Shown: positions 59,579-64,000 of the stretch, in pieces
How the letters are laid out: every line of letters starts with the position of its first letter
Position numbering within the stretch: the first letter of the stretch is position 1
Assembly (NCBI GenBank): GCA_964016885.1
Contig: OZ024756.1
Coordinates: 29,822,001 to 29,886,000 of the forward strand
From: Eledone cirrhosa
Taxonomy: Eukaryota
Reading direction: 5' to 3'
Length of the DNA stretch: 64,000 bases
Notes under the pieces: model-generated
Databases searched by the model: none
Seen by the model: only the letters and a program-made list of their open reading frames with translations
Told to the model about the DNA's origin: nothing
Translations under genes and position numbers: made by a program

Positions 59579-59609
59579 ATTACCTTCCAGTGTTCCACCA
59601 CTATATACA

Positions 59610-59744
<135 letters not shown>

Positions 59745-59792
59745 GATAATTAATAAGATATACCATACCCAAATTCCAAATTCCTTCACTAG

Positions 59793-59886
59793 TCCTCGAC
59801 TACGTAGTTTCGTGGCATATTATGCAAAAAACACTACATCACAGAGATACAGTATTTTTGTGAGGTTTGCCGACTTATCAAGAGGA
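59793..59886 (-). ncRNA. Type I hammerhead with U3-A8 core variant and branched stem II (family J)
   Basis: Minus strand: TCCTC-TTGATAA-GTCGGCA...TGCCAC-GAAA-CTACGTAG-TC^GAGGA. Confidence 0.75.
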
Positions 59887-60285
59887 TACCTCATTAAGAG
59901 TTTCAAAACACATCCGTAGGACGCGAGATAGAATCCCGAAAGGCGGAAGGGGAGTCAATCACATGATACAGCGGTCAAGAAACAGAGCTAAGCCTCTTAC
60001 AACCAAGAAAAAAAATACCACAAAGGTGGAGGGGGTACTTATATCAAAGCCGTAGAAGAGATGGCTAGGATGGCGAGAAGTATAAGTAATGATAGCTTTC
60101 CAGCAGTCACTACACTTCAATGGTTACTCTACCGTAGGGAGTTATAAACAATATAAAGAAATACACAGATACATGCGAACACATACATATACATGAATAT
60201 ATCCACATATATCCCTGAATTTGTGGTGCCAACCTCAACCGTTGTTGCTCTATGAATAACTGGGACAATATGTATCTGTGTATTT

Positions 60286-60348
<63 letters not shown>

Positions 60349-60349
<1 letters not shown>

Positions 60350-60537
60350 GATATTACATATGTGGAAACTATATTTATAAAACCATATTTATTTTATTAA
60401 TAAAATAAATATGGTTTTATAAATATAGTTTCCATTCATGTAATATCGTATATCTACTCCAAAAACTTGTCGAGTGCTTTATATCAGTTATAAAATATTT
60501 ACTTGTTGTATCCCAACAATTTTAAATAAAACTTTTG
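60349..60537 (+). mobile_element. Family B 3' segment with fold-back at the predicted cleavage site
   Basis: Palindrome ...tattttat-ta-ataaaata... centred at 60398/60399. Confidence 0.85.
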
Positions 60538-60665
60538 CATATATATATATATATATATATCAGATATATATATCAGATATATATATATATATCAGATAGA
60601 TATATATATCAGATAGATATATATGATATATATATATCAGATATATATATATATATATATCAGAT

Positions 60666-60797
60666 AGGGTGTGGTAAAAACCAGCTTGACCATATCGCAC
60701 CAGAGTACTCGATACTTGGGGTAGTAGAGGGGGTAATATGAAAAGATTCAGAACCCCGACGGCTGAGCTCCGGCCGTTTCGACAGCTAGATCGGTTC
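60666..60797 (-). mobile_element. Family G element
   Basis: Homology to 3348-3516; a further copy is at 61156-61287. Confidence 0.8.
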
Positions 60798-61092
60798 TAT
60801 ATATATATATTGATTCTATATGTAATACATTGAAAAGAAGACCAAAGACTGTTAATAGTATTACATTTTAAAATACCATGGTATTAACAGTCTGGTCAAT
60901 GTAATATTTGCTTTATGAGTTTACTGCAACGTCTAAAATAAGGAAAGGAGTTCATACCAATAGAATTGTATGTAGCCTTCTGAGTAGTTTACTGTAATAT
61001 ATCTCATATTTTGAACTGTAATAACCTCTTCATCTACCTTTATCTGTTTTCTTATTCGAAAACGATTTATTGTAAACTATATAAATAAATAA

Positions 61093-61160
<68 letters not shown>

Positions 61161-61290
61161 AGAGTCAGGACCCCGACGGCAGAGCTCAAGCCGTTTCAAC
61201 GGCTATTTCTGAACGCTCTACTATCCAAAGTATCGAGTACTCTGGTGCGTTATGGTTCACCTGGTTGCTTATCACACTTCCTTCGTTATA

Positions 61291-61321
<31 letters not shown>

Positions 61322-61891
61322 GAGGTTATCTCCCTTGCTGGACTCCATGTGCGTTCTAGCTATAGTTAACTTCTTTATTCGTTGGACATAACCCGTTGAT
61401 AAAGTGTTCCGGTCCCTCCGCTCCCTAGAAGTCTTATATATTTTTATGTGGGCTGATAGGGGGCGGATTAAGGAATTGCAGAAACCCAAGAAGCTAGATT
61501 TACCACCTTTCTAGTGGGTCCGGGTAAGTTTTTACATTCATATAAATTATTGATTTATTGATATTTTATCTGAGTGACCCGAATCTTCCTGGTCGTTATT
61601 TTTCGGCTGCATGGGTGATTTTAGGCATAATCTTTGTGTGTTGGTATTTTAACGATAGTTATAGCTCTGATTTATCTGAATTATTGAGCCCTCTGCCACT
61701 CATGTCGGATTTGTTTATCGTAAATTCATGAGCTGATTTTCCGATACTCGATTATTCTATTATATATATATATATATAAATGAAAAGTCTAGCAATTATT
61801 ATGAGCAAGAAGCACACAGTATTTCATATATAAATATATATATATATATGAAATACTGTGTGCTTCTTGCTCATAATAATTTCTATGCTTA

Positions 61892-62069
<178 letters not shown>

Positions 62070-62375
62070 AAAAGAGGATTAACACAGATAAGCGATACAG
62101 TAGGGGTTATTTCTAGCATTTACATATGTTTCATCACCTTGTGTTGTTGTGGTTGTCTTGAAATTGCTATTCTCCATTATCAATTGTGAAAACTCGAATT
62201 CAAATACAGAGGAATATTACGTCACTGGCGAATTTTCAAAAGATTTCTCATTATCGGCTACTCTAAACTAGGGAATATATTTATATTTATATCTACGCAA
62301 TAACATTTCTTACACAATATTGATTAGCTCTTTTATTTATCTCTCCCCCCTCTCTCTCTCCCTCACTCTGTCTCC

Positions 62376-62454
<79 letters not shown>

Positions 62455-62991
62455 CAGTTGACTGCCGAGTCCATAGTAAGGATCAAACCGCCAGACTCTT
62501 TCAAAAACGAAAGAGAGGCGGTTTTCCTCTGTACGGTGGCTATGGTGAAAGAAGTTATATGGTGGACGAGGTTGAGAGGACTGAGGACAGATGCCTTTCT
62601 CTCCGGACAACAATTGATTCCATTCTTTAAGTATCACTTTAGAAGGAGAATCAGGGTGGAGAGAGAGGCACTGCACCCCAGTAAATTTACTGAAAGGTGG
62701 GTGAATGAAGCGAAAATGGCCCGAGTGATTGGGCCTTCTCTGTTTATAAGCCTGTAGGTTGAGGAAGAGAGCAAAAGGAAGAAAGGAGCACTTGCACAAC
62801 ACGCTCCTTGAGTTGAGGGTTGTTCTATCGACGGGGTATTAAACAACCCATTTGTGGCGCCTCCCCCCTATTGGGGATTTCGATTGTTGAAATTGTTTGT
62901 TTTTATATTTTTTACACGACTGTATGTAAAATCCCCGGCATGTCTTTGTATTGTCCCCTTTCTTGTTGCGCCCTTGTGGCTAATAAAGAAA
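62455..62991 (+). mobile_element. 5'-truncated Tx1/L1-like LINE embedded in (TATC)n
   Basis: EAVFLCTVAMVKEVIWWTRLRG...FTERWVNEAKMARV* then 3'UTR with AATAAA; (TATC)n on both sides. Confidence 0.75.
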
Positions 62992-63404
62992 TCTATCTAT
63001 CTATCTATCTATCTATCTACTTACTCACCTCTCGACCTATCTACGTATATTTCTACCTCTGTCTTCAGTCAACTATTGGGATAGAGATGAAGTATGACAA
63101 GTCTAAATATATACAGCTTCTGTAAGGATTGTAAGAGTTCTGATATTTCGGGCTACAAACTCTTTACCAAGGAAAAGACAAGAGTCAGTTCCGCCTGTTG
63201 GTGATATGCATCAGGAAGTAGTGAAAGTAATGTCGGTCGGATGTAAGTAGGTTGATTAAATGTGGCTTCTTAGGTGAATAGGAACAGATGGTCAGCTGAA
63301 ATGTCTGACTTGCGAAACAGTATGTATGTATGTATGTATGTATGTATGTATGTATGTATGTATGTATGTATGTATGTATGTATGTATGTATGTATGTATG
63401 TGTG

Positions 63405-63436
<32 letters not shown>

Positions 63437-63937
63437 TGTATGTATGTATCTATGTAAGCATGTATATATGTACGTATGTATGTGTGTATGTATGTGTGTA
63501 TATATGATCGGGTCGTCGGTGACTAAACCGGCAACCCCACCAAGATTACTTGCTGAGGAGGGTGATTTTGGACACCCTGCAGGGCAAAAAACAAAACCTG
63601 ACAAAGGGCGGAATAACTCATAAGAGTCAATGGCCATCCAAAAATGTGTAAATATATATATACATATGTACATATCTATGTATATGTACATATATATATA
63701 TATGTATGCATGTGTGCATATGTGTGTATATGCGCGGGGACATAGAAATAATCGGGCTGGATACCGATCGTGCGGTTAAACCACTGGGAGGGAAGGACCC
63801 TTAGCCTTTGTCAGGGCATTCTTCTAGGAGAAGGCAACTCAGGAAACTGGGATAACTCCAACATAAAACCTGCGGCTCAGTAGTTACCGATGATGTGCAC
63901 AGTCTTTCCCCACAGGCATTGCACGATAGAATTAATT

Positions 63938-64000
63938 AATTGTTTCTATTTTAGGCACAAGGCCAGCAATTACCCAGTACATTACTGGTACTTTATTTTA
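63938..64000 (-). mobile_element. SINE family 1 3' end (runs off the window)
   Basis: ttgtttctattttaggcacaaggccagcaattacccag. Confidence 0.85.

Noticed and set aside
61450-61530. GAAACCCA...TGGGTC stem III-like segment
   Set aside because: Upstream core reads CTGATAG and stems I and II do not pair convincingly

Overview
Eukaryotic (animal) non-coding DNA, very rich in microsatellites ((TA)n, (CA)n, (GA)n, (TATC)n, (TATG)n, (CCA)n, (CTA)n). Its SINE content and repeat density resemble an octopus/cephalopod genome (recognised by eye, not searched). No intact host protein gene is visible; nearly all ORFs in the track are translations of simple repeats. Real coding remnants: a frameshifted Tc1 transposase N-terminus inside a TIR-bounded element (36550-37123), RTE and Tx1/L1-like LINE 3' ends, and a Penelope-type GIY-YIG endonuclease fragment (about 46135-46445, with an inverted partial copy). 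The main hidden signal is a dense set of short non-coding elements sitting in (TA)n tracts. They fall into about nine families with distinct bodies, and each carries a type I hammerhead ribozyme motif or its 3' half, usually with a short palindromic stem III. Many copies show fold-back (inverted) 5' duplications, as Penelope-like pseudo-LTRs/retrozymes do. Notable variants are a U3-A8 compensatory core, large branched stem-II inserts and a recurrent C.C mismatch in stem II. Also present: two tandem arrays built from the 5' head of one SINE family, two twin-priming-type RTE inversions, and LINEs tied to specific microsatellites. All RNA folds were derived by manual base pairing; ribozyme activity is untested.
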